This document shows, piece by piece, positions 5,900 through 13,634 of a stretch of 24,000 nt of DNA (position 1 is the stretch's first letter; each line of letters opens with the position of its first letter). Source of the stretch: Arthrobacter phage Talia1610; the sequence record PQ559666.1, one strand, 5' to 3'. Below the pieces are notes generated by a model. That model was not told where the DNA came from and searched no databases. It was given only the letters and a program-made list of their open reading frames with translations. Made by a program: the position numbers and the translations under genes.

Positions 5900-8053
5900 T
5901 TGAAGATCGAAACCGCTAACGAAGCGACCATTACCACCAACCTCCCTCAGGGTGATGTTACCCCGATGACCGTTGACATGGAAGGTATGGGCCACGTGAT
6001 GAACCTTCTCACCAACCTGTACCAGAATCCCAAGCTCGCCGTGATCCGTGAATACTCCACCAACGGTCTTGACGCCCACCGGGCTGTCGGCCAGACCCGT
6101 CCCATCGAAGTCACCCTACCGACTTGGGACACCCCTAACTACGTCGTTCAGGACTTCGGCATCGGCATGTCTCGGGACGACATCAAGAACATCTACGTAA
6201 AGTACGGAGCTTCCACCAAGCGGCAGTCCAACAATCAGGTCGGAGCGTTCGGTCTGGGCTGCAAGTCGGCTCTTGCCATTGCAACACAGTTCACTCTGGT
6301 CACTGTCAAGGATGGCTGGAAGACTACCGTACTGTTTACCAAAACAGCCAGCGGTGTCACTGATTCCAACATTGTCAACCACACTGAGACTGACGAGGGT
6401 GCAGGAACTATCGTCAAGATTCCAATCTCTGGTAGTGTATATGAGTTCAACAACGAAGCCAACAAGTTCTTCCAGTTCTGGGACGAAGGTCTTGTTCTGG
6501 TGAACGGCAAGGCTCCGGAGCCGATCTACGGTTCTCTCTCAAAGGTGGAGAACAAGGAAACAGGACTCACCGCCTACCTGAAGGTGCACTCTTACGGTGG
6601 CCGAAACTCCTACGTCATCATGGGTAACGTCCCGTACCTCATCCCAAACGAGGAGATCGAAGCTTCGCTTGAGCGTGTCGGGGTCAGGCCCTCCCGCAAC
6701 ATGAACCAGATCTCCAAGTACTTCCCTGTCGAAATCGGGGACGTTGATCTGACTCCGAACCGTGAGGGTCTGATGTTCAAGGACCGCACCAAGGATGTAC
6801 TTGACAAGTACATGTCTTTCCTGTTGAATGACCTTGAAACCATTGCCCAGAAGGAGGTTGACAAGCAGACATCCCTCGATGGCTACTTCAGTGTCAACAA
6901 CAAGTGGAAGGACATCACCGGTAACTCCTACCAGTGGAACGGCAAGGATGTCCCGCACTACATTACCCTTGACGAAGACTACCGGAGCATCAAGCGTACG
7001 TCCTATGGCAGCGCGTCCCACCAGATCGGCACCCGGTTCTCGCTGACCTCTGACCGCAGCAACATCACGACGTACCTTGTCAAGGGTTTCTCGGCTGAGA
7101 AGTATGCCAAGCTCAACGCGTACATCTCTCCCTTCATGGCTGCTGAAGGCCTTACCAACGCAACGTTCTACATCACGGAGGATGCGAACTTCTTCACCAA
7201 TGAGTGGATTCTGCTGGACGAACACTTGACCATCATCGACGGCAACGATATCATCGAAAAGGGACGCGCCCAGCGTAAAAAGGAACGTGAGGAAGCCAAG
7301 CTCCTGAACATGCCTTCCACCAAGCCCAAGATGAAGTACCCTGTCGTTGACGTGGAAGGGAAGACGGTCAAGTGGGTTCCGTACGACGAGATCGCTGAGG
7401 ATACTCCGTACCTGTGGAAGAGCGACCTGAATTCAACCTCCACTTCTGACCTCATTGATTCCATCTACGGACAACTTGATTACGACCGGAACCTCAGTGT
7501 CTACCAGACTCCTCTCATGGATCAGTTTAAGTCGGCAGTAGATGATGTCAAGCACTTCATCGTTCTGAACTCTGTACGGAACCCTGAAGCCCTGAAGCGG
7601 CGTGTCAAGAAGACCTACAGCCTCTCTACGGTTTTTGAAAAGCTCAATGAGACGCTGAAGGAGACCATGACTGAGGAAGTCTCCAAGGCAATTGGACTTC
7701 AGGACAGTACTGTGGTAGACTTTTTGAGGAAGACCGGTGTGGATGCCAAGATCGATAAGGTTCTGGACAAAGACCTGAAGAACGCTATCCTGCCCTCTGA
7801 GGATCTGAAGAGCGATATTGCCAAGGCAAACAAGCTGATCAAGATTCTCCGAGTGTTCAACTTCTGGAGCATCGACACCAAGATTGACTACAGCAAGTCT
7901 GAAGAGATCGTCAAGAATGTTAAGAAGAAGTACCCGCTGATGGATCACATCTCTGCGTACTACGTCAAGGGCAAGGCTGAAGATCACGTCATCACATACT
8001 TCAACGCTGTCCACAAGGAACAGCAGAAGTCCGAAGCAGTATCCAGCAACTAG
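5900..8053 (+). CDS. rIIA: rIIA-like protein (GHKL ATPase fold)
   Basis: AVIREYSTNGLDAH, VQDFGIGMSRDDI and VGAFGLGCKSAL match the GHKL/rIIA ATP-binding pattern; TTG start with upstream purine-rich region. Confidence 0.9.
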   Translation: MKIETANEATITTNLPQGDVTPMTVDMEGMGHVMNLLTNLYQNPKLAVIREYSTNGLDAHRAVGQTRPIEVTLPTWDTPNYVVQDFGIGMSRDDIKNIYVKYGASTKRQSNNQVGAFGLGCKSALAIATQFTLVTVKDGWKTTVLFTKTASGVTDSNIVNHTETDEGAGTIVKIPISGSVYEFNNEANKFFQFWDEGLVLVNGKAPEPIYGSLSKVENKETGLTAYLKVHSYGGRNSYVIMGNVPYLIPNEEIEASLERVGVRPSRNMNQISKYFPVEIGDVDLTPNREGLMFKDRTKDVLDKYMSFLLNDLETIAQKEVDKQTSLDGYFSVNNKWKDITGNSYQWNGKDVPHYITLDEDYRSIKRTSYGSASHQIGTRFSLTSDRSNITTYLVKGFSAEKYAKLNAYISPFMAAEGLTNATFYITEDANFFTNEWILLDEHLTIIDGNDIIEKGRAQRKKEREEAKLLNMPSTKPKMKYPVVDVEGKTVKWVPYDEIAEDTPYLWKSDLNSTSTSDLIDSIYGQLDYDRNLSVYQTPLMDQFKSAVDDVKHFIVLNSVRNPEALKRRVKKTYSLSTVFEKLNETLKETMTEEVSKAIGLQDSTVVDFLRKTGVDAKIDKVLDKDLKNAILPSEDLKSDIAKANKLIKILRVFNFWSIDTKIDYSKSEEIVKNVKKKYPLMDHISAYYVKGKAEDHVITYFNAVHKEQQKSEAVSSN

Positions 8054-8075
8054 AAGCAGTGAAAGGTAATAATTA

Positions 8076-9008
8076 GTGACGTTTTTCCAAATTTCTGAAG
8101 ATGCCAAGGGCAAGACTCTGGCCATCTTCTTCGACAACGGCGACACGGAAACCATTCCGGAGACCCATGTCAGTTTCAAGGCTATCGTTGACAAGTGGTT
8201 CAATGGTACGGTAGTGGATTCTGAGATCCGCGAACTCGTTCAGGTCCGCGAGACTCTTGCCAAGAAGCTTGTCTCGCTGTCCGACCGTGTTACTGTAGAC
8301 GCTGGTGGTGTTTACTTCGACGGCGACGAACTCCGTGGTGAGCTGACCGACCTCATCAAGAAGATGTTTGAGGAGGGCCGTACGCTCGACTTCAAGCCTC
8401 TGGTGAACTTCCTTGAGAAGGCTTCCACCAACCCGTCCCTGAAGTCCATTGACGGCCTGTACCGGTGGGTCTCCAACCGTGATCTCGTCATCGACCCTGA
8501 CGGCGATATTATCGCCTACAAGGGTGTGGAACTCCATGCTGACGGAAAGCTTTACTCGTTCCATTCGGGTACTGCGTTTGTCAATGGTGAAGAGATTACC
8601 GGCAAGATCCCGAACGTCCCCGGAACTGTCATCTCCATGCCCCGTTCCACTGTTGACGATGGCTCCTACGGTTACTGCTCCACTGGTCTGCATGTAGGGA
8701 CTCACGGATTTGCCAAGAGCTTTGCCGGTCCTCGCGGCAGCATGGTTTTGGTCAAGTTCAACCCTCGTGACGTTGTGGCCGTGCCTGAAGAGGCATCCAG
8801 CCAGAAAATGCGAGTCTGCAAGTACGTAGTCCTCGCTGAGTCTGGAGATCGCATTGAAACGGCTGTCTACACCCAGACGACCATCGATGACGTTCTGCCT
8901 CAGGAAGAGCCTAAGAAGACCGTAGCGGAGCCTAAGGCACCGATCCGTGACTCCAAGGGCCGCTTCATCAAGGGCGGCGCACGTGACTCCAAGGGCCGGT
9001 TCATCTAA
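8076..9008 (+). CDS. rIIB: rIIB-like protein
   Basis: Directly downstream of the rIIA-like gene; central FLEKASTNPSLKSIDGLYRWVSNRDLVIDPDGDIIAYKGV typical of rIIB-like proteins; GTG start; C-terminal RDSKGRFI repeats. Confidence 0.88.
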   Translation: MTFFQISEDAKGKTLAIFFDNGDTETIPETHVSFKAIVDKWFNGTVVDSEIRELVQVRETLAKKLVSLSDRVTVDAGGVYFDGDELRGELTDLIKKMFEEGRTLDFKPLVNFLEKASTNPSLKSIDGLYRWVSNRDLVIDPDGDIIAYKGVELHADGKLYSFHSGTAFVNGEEITGKIPNVPGTVISMPRSTVDDGSYGYCSTGLHVGTHGFAKSFAGPRGSMVLVKFNPRDVVAVPEEASSQKMRVCKYVVLAESGDRIETAVYTQTTIDDVLPQEEPKKTVAEPKAPIRDSKGRFIKGGARDSKGRFI

Positions 9009-9011
9009 GGC

Positions 9012-9040
9012 TTGTTAACGGAGTGAAGTAATGATATAAT
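9012..9040 (+). promoter_or_regulatory. Promoter TTGTTA-17-TATAAT with extended -10 (TGATATAAT)
   Basis: Located between the rIIB-like gene and the second tRNA array. Confidence 0.7.
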
Positions 9041-9074
9041 AAGAGGACCGGCTTTTCGGAGCCGGTCTTCTTAC

Positions 9075-9146
9075 ACCCTTGTAGCTCAAAGGAAGAGCAT
9101 CAGTTTCCTAAACTGTGTGTTGCTGGTTCGAATCCAGTCAGGGGTA
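9075..9146 (+). tRNA. tRNA-Arg(CCT), no encoded CCA
   Basis: Acceptor ACCCTTG/CAGGGGT, D arm GCTC-AAAGGAA-GAGC, anticodon loop TTCCTAA, T arm GCTGG-TTCGAAT-CCAGT, A73; one outer T-T mismatch in the anticodon stem. Confidence 0.85.
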
Positions 9147-9147
9147 C

Positions 9148-9220
9148 GCTGCGATAGCTCAGATGGTAGAGCGTCACTTTGGTATAGTGAAGGTCGCGGG
9201 TTCGATCCCCGCTCGTAGCT
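9148..9220 (+). tRNA. tRNA-Thr(GGT), no encoded CCA
   Basis: Acceptor GCTGCGA/TCGTAGC, anticodon arm TCACT-TTGGTAT-AGTGA, T arm GCGGG-TTCGATC-CCCGC. Confidence 0.92.
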
Positions 9221-9329
9221 CTGCGGTTGGCTGAGAATGGCTTAAGGCTGACACCGATAGATCCTGATCCCGTTTGAGTCTCGGTAAGACGATGGATAGG
9301 GACCGTGGGTTCGAAACCCACACCGCTCT
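9221..9329 (+). tRNA. Atypical or degenerate tRNA-like element (109 nt), isotype unresolved
   Basis: Canonical T arm GTGGG-TTCGAAA-CCCAC, 5 of 7 acceptor pairs (GCGGT/ACCGC), Ser-like D arm TGGCTGAG..TGGCTTAAGGC; anticodon region oversized, best stem ACCGA/TCGGT closing a 23-nt loop. Confidence 0.5.
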
Positions 9330-9334
9330 CCGAT

Positions 9335-9406
9335 GAGGGTATGGATGAATGGCAAAGTCGTCAGGTTGCAACCCTGAAGATCCCGGTTCGATTCCGGGTT
9401 CCCTCT
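9335..9406 (+). tRNA. tRNA-Cys(GCA), no encoded CCA
   Basis: Acceptor GAGGGTA/TTCCCTC (one mismatch), anticodon arm TCAGG-TTGCAAC-CCTGA, T arm CCCGG-TTCGATT-CCGGG, U73. Confidence 0.88.
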
Positions 9407-9441
9407 CTCAATAACATAGCGACTACCTTAGAAAGGATGAC

Positions 9442-9957
9442 ATGACAACGATAGCGACATACTCTGTGAGTGTTCTCAACGCCTCTTACGAAGGCCTCGG
9501 AAGCACCAAGCTAGATCGCGCCCTCAACCTTGTCATCCACGGTAAGGCCGAAGTCATCGAGTACGACGAGTCCCACAAGATACGTTCCGTCAATGGTGAA
9601 CAGTTTAAAGGTCTTCCTAAGGTAATCCGCCTGTTGAAGTTTGTCAAGGTTCCGTTCCACTACGCTGAGGAGTACTTCTCCAAGGATGGTGTTCTTAGGC
9701 GCGACAACTTCACCTGTGGCTACTGTGGAAAGACAGCAGCAGACGGTGTTCGCCTGACCCACGACCACATCCTTCCGAAGTCTCGTGGAGGTGGGGACAC
9801 TTGGATGAATGCCATCACCGCGTGTGTCAAGTGCAACGGTAAGAAGGACAACAAGACTCCAGAGGAGGCCCACATGCCTCTCCTGTTTCAACCTACAGTC
9901 CCTATGAGGATTTACTTCCGTTCAGACAAGCCACGTAGACGACGCAAGAATAAATAG
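9442..9957 (+). CDS. HNH endonuclease
   Basis: RDNFTCGYCGKTAADGVRLTHDHILPKSRGGGDTWMNAITACVKCNGKKDNKTPEEA: HNH core with two CxxC motifs. Confidence 0.93.
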   Translation: MTTIATYSVSVLNASYEGLGSTKLDRALNLVIHGKAEVIEYDESHKIRSVNGEQFKGLPKVIRLLKFVKVPFHYAEEYFSKDGVLRRDNFTCGYCGKTAADGVRLTHDHILPKSRGGGDTWMNAITACVKCNGKKDNKTPEEAHMPLLFQPTVPMRIYFRSDKPRRRRKNK

Positions 9958-9961
9958 AATT

Positions 9962-9983
9962 AGCCTTCTTCGGAGGGCTTTTT
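9962..9983 (+). terminator. Intrinsic terminator after the HNH gene
   Basis: AGCCTTC-TTCG-GAGGGCT followed by TTTT. Confidence 0.8.
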
Positions 9984-9998
9984 CTGTGAGAGGAAATA

Positions 9999-10172
9999 AT
10001 GATAGAGTATCTAAAATGGTTATTCAACCTAAGGTGTAAGCACAAGAACGTCCGCTGTATCCATGGAGAAGAGATCATCCTTGCAGGATACAGACGCTCC
10101 CGCTGTGAGGACTGTCCGGCTATCTTCGATAGTCTTCCGGAATATTGCTCATTCAGTCTTAGAAAACACTAA
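9999..10172 (+). CDS. Small Cys/His-rich protein (57 aa), putative zinc-binding, not in the ORF track
   Basis: AGAGGAAATA RBS; MIEYLKWLFNLRCKHKNVRCIHGEEIILAGYRRSRCEDCPAIFDSLPEYCSFSLRKH* with CxH, CxH and CxxC clusters. Confidence 0.7.
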   Translation: MIEYLKWLFNLRCKHKNVRCIHGEEIILAGYRRSRCEDCPAIFDSLPEYCSFSLRKH

Positions 10173-10178
10173 AAAGAA

Positions 10179-10205
10179 GGCCCCTACCGAAGTAGGGGCC
10201 TTTCT
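10179..10205. terminator. Bidirectional intrinsic terminator between convergent genes
   Basis: AAGAAGGCCCCTAC-CGAA-GTAGGGGCCTTTCTT; A-tract on one side, T-tract on the other. Confidence 0.88.
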
Positions 10206-10206
10206 T

Positions 10207-11535
10207 TTATTCGAAACTAATGTCTTTCAGCTTTCCGTCCTTTGTGAGGAACGTTACGGCTGATGGGTTTCCGATCTTTCCTGTCAGGTGCCTGAAGTAG
10301 GTTGACTCCTGCTCGAAGGCTGGTGTACGGATGATGTGCTTGTAGTTTTCCTGCTCGTACATGCCGGTGTGGAAATGTCCGCAGAGGAGAATGTCGGCCT
10401 CTCCGATCTCGTGTCCGCCCCAGTGCTGTCCGGACCACCATTCCCAGTGCTTGCCTTTACGCCACTGGTGTCCGTGAGCGTGGCCGATCTTAGTACCGGC
10501 TACCTCTACTACCTTTGTCAGCTCGTCAAATGCGACCTCTTCACAGGTGACATGACCAAAGGCTTCAGGATTGAATTCTAGGCCCTGAGAGACGGCCCTG
10601 AGGGCGTCTACGGCCCATGAATCGGACCCGTCCGTGCTGACAGGTTCACGCTGGGCTTCATCGTGGTTTCCCGGAACGGAAACTACCTTCAGATCGTTGG
10701 TCAGCGGGGCAAAAGCCTTTACTGTTTCAATCATGAGCTTGCGAAGCAGGTTGACCTGCTGGGTTGTGCTTAGGACGGTACGCCTTGCGTTCCTGCCGCC
10801 CTGTGATACCATTCCTTCAATGCAGTCTCCGACGAAGGAGACGAGGATCGGGCCAACGAGGTCTCTGTTTTCGTGGACCTTGTTCACTGCTTTTTGTAGT
10901 GATTCACGGTAACGGCGAACGGTCCCCTCGACGCCATCTCCATCTGACTTTCCGAGCTGTAGATCTCCTGCTGCAAAGACGAAAGCGTAGTCTCCGGAGG
11001 TGATCGGAGTCTGGGGCTTGACATTCTGTACCAGTTTGATAAGGTCGGAGATATCAACAACAGTTGATCGCTTCTTGATCTTGAACTTGTACGACGTAAG
11101 CCATTCGCCGTGGAACGTCTGCCACTTGGAGATTCGGGCCGGACCATCAACTTCGAACTCTTCAGTATCGATGTCGAATTCTTCGAGAATCTGGGAGAAG
11201 TCGGTGAGCTTGTCGCTGTTCTGTGGAGTGGAGGTAACCTCACCAGTGTCTCCGTCAAGCTCTACTTTGGCTTCCCAGCCCTTGGGAGCCTTGACTGGAG
11301 GGTTGACCACTCCGAGCAGAGGTGTTAGAGTTTCTGTAGGAACAGAGACATGCTTCTGGAGATGGTTGGAGAGGGCGTCAGGCGAGATGGTGAATCCGTG
11401 TGTCTGGAAGACTAGCCTTGAGATTGCGTTGTAGGAGTACTTCCTCTTGTGTAGTTTGCAGATGTACTGCTGGATGTCTACACTGGAGTTGCAGGTCCTA
11501 CACTGGGGCGCGTAGCCGTTGGGTGTATTTGTCAT
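10207..11535 (-). CDS. Metallophosphoesterase with N-terminal Cys-containing/HTH-like region
   Basis: AGDLQLGK, VGDCIEG, VPGNHDEAQ, HAHGHQW and LCGHFHTG metallophosphoesterase motifs; N-terminus CRTCNSSVDIQQYICKLHKRKYSYNAISRLVF. Confidence 0.88.
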   Translation of the reverse strand: MTNTPNGYAPQCRTCNSSVDIQQYICKLHKRKYSYNAISRLVFQTHGFTISPDALSNHLQKHVSVPTETLTPLLGVVNPPVKAPKGWEAKVELDGDTGEVTSTPQNSDKLTDFSQILEEFDIDTEEFEVDGPARISKWQTFHGEWLTSYKFKIKKRSTVVDISDLIKLVQNVKPQTPITSGDYAFVFAAGDLQLGKSDGDGVEGTVRRYRESLQKAVNKVHENRDLVGPILVSFVGDCIEGMVSQGGRNARRTVLSTTQQVNLLRKLMIETVKAFAPLTNDLKVVSVPGNHDEAQREPVSTDGSDSWAVDALRAVSQGLEFNPEAFGHVTCEEVAFDELTKVVEVAGTKIGHAHGHQWRKGKHWEWWSGQHWGGHEIGEADILLCGHFHTGMYEQENYKHIIRTPAFEQESTYFRHLTGKIGNPSAVTFLTKDGKLKDISFE

Positions 11536-11541
11536 AGTCTC

Positions 11542-11570
11542 ATTCTATCACGTATGACAGATTTTGTAAA
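11542..11570 (-). promoter_or_regulatory. Minus-strand promoter TTTACA-17-TAGAAT with extended -10 (TGATAGAAT)
   Basis: Reads toward the minus-strand gene start at 11535. Confidence 0.65.
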
Positions 11571-11592
11571 AAAGTGACAAACATGGTAAACT
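11564..11592 (+). promoter_or_regulatory. Plus-strand promoter TTGTAA-17-TAAACT with extended -10 (TGGTAAACT)
   Basis: -35 overlaps the -35 of the divergent promoter; reads toward 11599. Confidence 0.6.
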
Positions 11593-11598
11593 GTACCC

Positions 11599-12030
11599 AT
11601 GACAACTACGCAGACAGAGCAAGTCTCTGATAACTATGAAGAAGTAAACACCCCGAAGCACTACCGCAGCCATCCCAGCGGAGTGGAATGCATCGAAATC
11701 ACCCGACACATGAGCTTCAACCTCGGCAACGCCTTTAAGTACATCTGGCGTGCCGATCTCAAGCACGATGATGGCGGCATCATTGACCTCGAAAAGGCCG
11801 AGTTCTATATCAAGGACGAGATCGCCAAGCGAAAGGCAGAGAAGGCCAAGAAGCAGGCCGAAACTCCCTCTCTGATCGTCAACGGTAGCATCTCCGCCGA
11901 CAAGCTGTCAAACGGACCCATCATCAACGTTCAGGTTCACCCAGCTTCCGGACTCTCGACCGATGAAGCTGAGAAGCTTATCGCTGATGCTGCCGTACGT
12001 GAACTCAACCACCAGATTCTGAGCCGTTAA
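11599..12030 (+). CDS. DUF3310-like protein
   Basis: VNTPKHYRSHPSGVECIEITRHMSFNLGNAFKYIWRADLKHDDGGIIDLEKAEFYI matches the DUF3310 pattern (HY..G.E.I, G.A.KY.WR, KA..Y). Confidence 0.85.
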   Translation: MTTTQTEQVSDNYEEVNTPKHYRSHPSGVECIEITRHMSFNLGNAFKYIWRADLKHDDGGIIDLEKAEFYIKDEIAKRKAEKAKKQAETPSLIVNGSISADKLSNGPIINVQVHPASGLSTDEAEKLIADAAVRELNHQILSR

Positions 12031-12034
12031 GATT

Positions 12035-12226
12035 ATGCTAGGAAATTACCAGAAATACGAAGTCACTGTCAAGTTCACCTTTGAATCCGAAGTCTTCCCC
12101 GAAGATCCGGATGATGTATATGAGCTTGCCCAACTGGAAGAGAAGTCCGTAGCCACTGAGCTGAACATCTCCTTCCCCGGAATCGACATCAAGGAGCTTT
12201 CAGTGGCTCCGGTCATTGGAGAATAA
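12035..12226 (+). CDS. Hypothetical protein (63 aa)
   Basis: ORF tightly packed between DUF3310 and glycosyltransferase genes. Confidence 0.6.
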   Translation: MLGNYQKYEVTVKFTFESEVFPEDPDDVYELAQLEEKSVATELNISFPGIDIKELSVAPVIGE

Positions 12227-13317
12227 TGAAGGTACTGTCACTTGCGGCAGATGAAGGCGGATGCGGATACTACAGGGTCCGCGCACCAGCCTACGAAATC
12301 GGCAAGCTTGGAGTGGACATCACTGTTGCTGATGGAATTGATGTCATCTCCGAGAAGAACCTCTCAACCGGTATGGTCACCGTCCATGAAGTCCAGACAG
12401 ACGCCGACCTCATCACCGTCCAGAGGCCGCTCGACAACGGACTGAACGCCATGATCCGTCAGGCACAGAAGCAGGGAATCGCTGTTGTCGTTGAGATGGA
12501 TGACGATTTCAGTGCCATCCACCGAGACAACATTGCCTATGATCAGGTGCACGGACGCAAGGACTTTGGAGTCCACTGGCTGGAAGATTCTGCAAACATT
12601 GCAGATCATGTCACCATCTCGACTCCGCGTCTTGCCAAGTTTGCCCGTCACGGTAGATACTCGGTACTGAGGAACTGCGTTCCGGAGTCTATCTTCGATG
12701 TTGATATCACGAAGAAGTCTGAGGTCCCCGGACCAAGAATCGGATGGAGCGGAAGCGTCCAGACCCACCCTAACGACCTACAGGCCACCAAGGGCGGGGT
12801 TGCCGAAGTTCTCAAGGAGAAGGGCTTGGACTTCAACGTGATCGGTGACGGAAAGTATGTTCACCGGAACTTGGGCCTTGACAAGGACACGAAAGTACTG
12901 CACACAGGCTGGGTGGAGATCGAGCACTACTACCACTTCCTGTCGAACTTCCTTGACATCGGCATCGTTCCGCTTGAGATGTCCCCGTTCAATGAGGCAA
13001 AGTCAGCCCTAAAGGGTCTGGAATTTGCCGCTCTGGGTATCCCGTACGTGGCTTCACCTACCGGTGAGTACGCCCGAATGGAAGCCTACGGTATCGGAAA
13101 AACCGCTAAAACACGCGGTGACTGGTACAAGCACCTCACCCGTTTGATCGAGAGGTCCAGCGAGACGGAGCGTATTGCTCGTGAAGGTCGTGATAAAATT
13201 AAAGCTGAACACACGTATCGTGTGAATGCTCCCCAGTGGATCGAAGCTTGGGAGAAAGCTATAGACTATCGAAAGACCCGCCATGAACAAGCAGCAACTG
13301 ATCGCAGCTCTGGATAA
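12226..13317 (+). CDS. Glycosyltransferase, GT-B/GT4-like
   Basis: N-terminal GCGYYRVRAPAYEIGK, middle IGWSGSVQTHPNDL, C-terminal LEMSPFNEAKSALKGLEFAALGIPYVASPTGEY. Confidence 0.85.
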   Translation: MKVLSLAADEGGCGYYRVRAPAYEIGKLGVDITVADGIDVISEKNLSTGMVTVHEVQTDADLITVQRPLDNGLNAMIRQAQKQGIAVVVEMDDDFSAIHRDNIAYDQVHGRKDFGVHWLEDSANIADHVTISTPRLAKFARHGRYSVLRNCVPESIFDVDITKKSEVPGPRIGWSGSVQTHPNDLQATKGGVAEVLKEKGLDFNVIGDGKYVHRNLGLDKDTKVLHTGWVEIEHYYHFLSNFLDIGIVPLEMSPFNEAKSALKGLEFAALGIPYVASPTGEYARMEAYGIGKTAKTRGDWYKHLTRLIERSSETERIAREGRDKIKAEHTYRVNAPQWIEAWEKAIDYRKTRHEQAATDRSSG

Positions 13318-13531
13318 GTACCCCAACGACGTACAGATCCTCCTTGCAACCGACTCTGAAGGTAATTCCTTCTCGTCCCTTGACGAAGGCTTCTCCATCG
13401 AGTATGTAGAAGAAGACTACCGTGGCGGACAAACGGATGCAGTGTTTAATGGCGAAGACCTGTCTGAAGACTCGGAAGATGGAAACATCCCTGAGACCTT
13501 CAGGCAGGTCTTGGTTTTTTGGCCGGTCTAA
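13283..13531 (+). CDS. Hypothetical acidic protein (82 aa)
   Basis: ORF MNKQQLIAALDKYPNDVQILLATDSEGNSFSSL; overlaps the upstream gene end by 35 nt. Confidence 0.6.
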   Translation: MNKQQLIAALDKYPNDVQILLATDSEGNSFSSLDEGFSIEYVEEDYRGGQTDAVFNGEDLSEDSEDGNIPETFRQVLVFWPV

Positions 13532-13560
13532 AAGACTAGGCAAATTTTTCTTTCCTAGTG

Positions 13561-13590
13561 TTGACAAGTTGTTTTGTCCTAGTCTAGAGT
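13561..13590 (+). promoter_or_regulatory. Promoter TTGACA-18-TAGAGT with flanking CCTAGT repeats
   Basis: TTGACA at 13561-13566; CCTAGT at 13554-13559 and 13578-13583, inverse ACTAGG at 13535-13540. Confidence 0.6.
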
Positions 13591-13634
13591 AGAGGTATCA
13601 GCAAGACACCGCTACTACAGAAGGGATTCACATC

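Noticed and set aside
7433-8203. 256-aa minus-strand ORF antisense to rIIA/rIIB-like genes
   Set aside because: Shadow ORF of strongly supported + strand genes; spans a gene junction and has no recognisable motifs.
8073-8705. 210-aa minus-strand ORF
   Set aside because: Antisense shadow of the rIIB-like gene; no RBS or domain signature.
9100-9371. Minus-strand ORFs of 73 and 65 aa with GFEPT and GIEPATF motifs
   Set aside because: Antisense tRNA translations; GFEPT/GIEPT peptides are a known artefact of reverse-strand T arms.
10063-10263. 66-aa + strand ORF
   Set aside because: Crosses the bidirectional terminator and overlaps the 3' end of the minus-strand gene; the 9999-10172 frame has the better RBS and composition.
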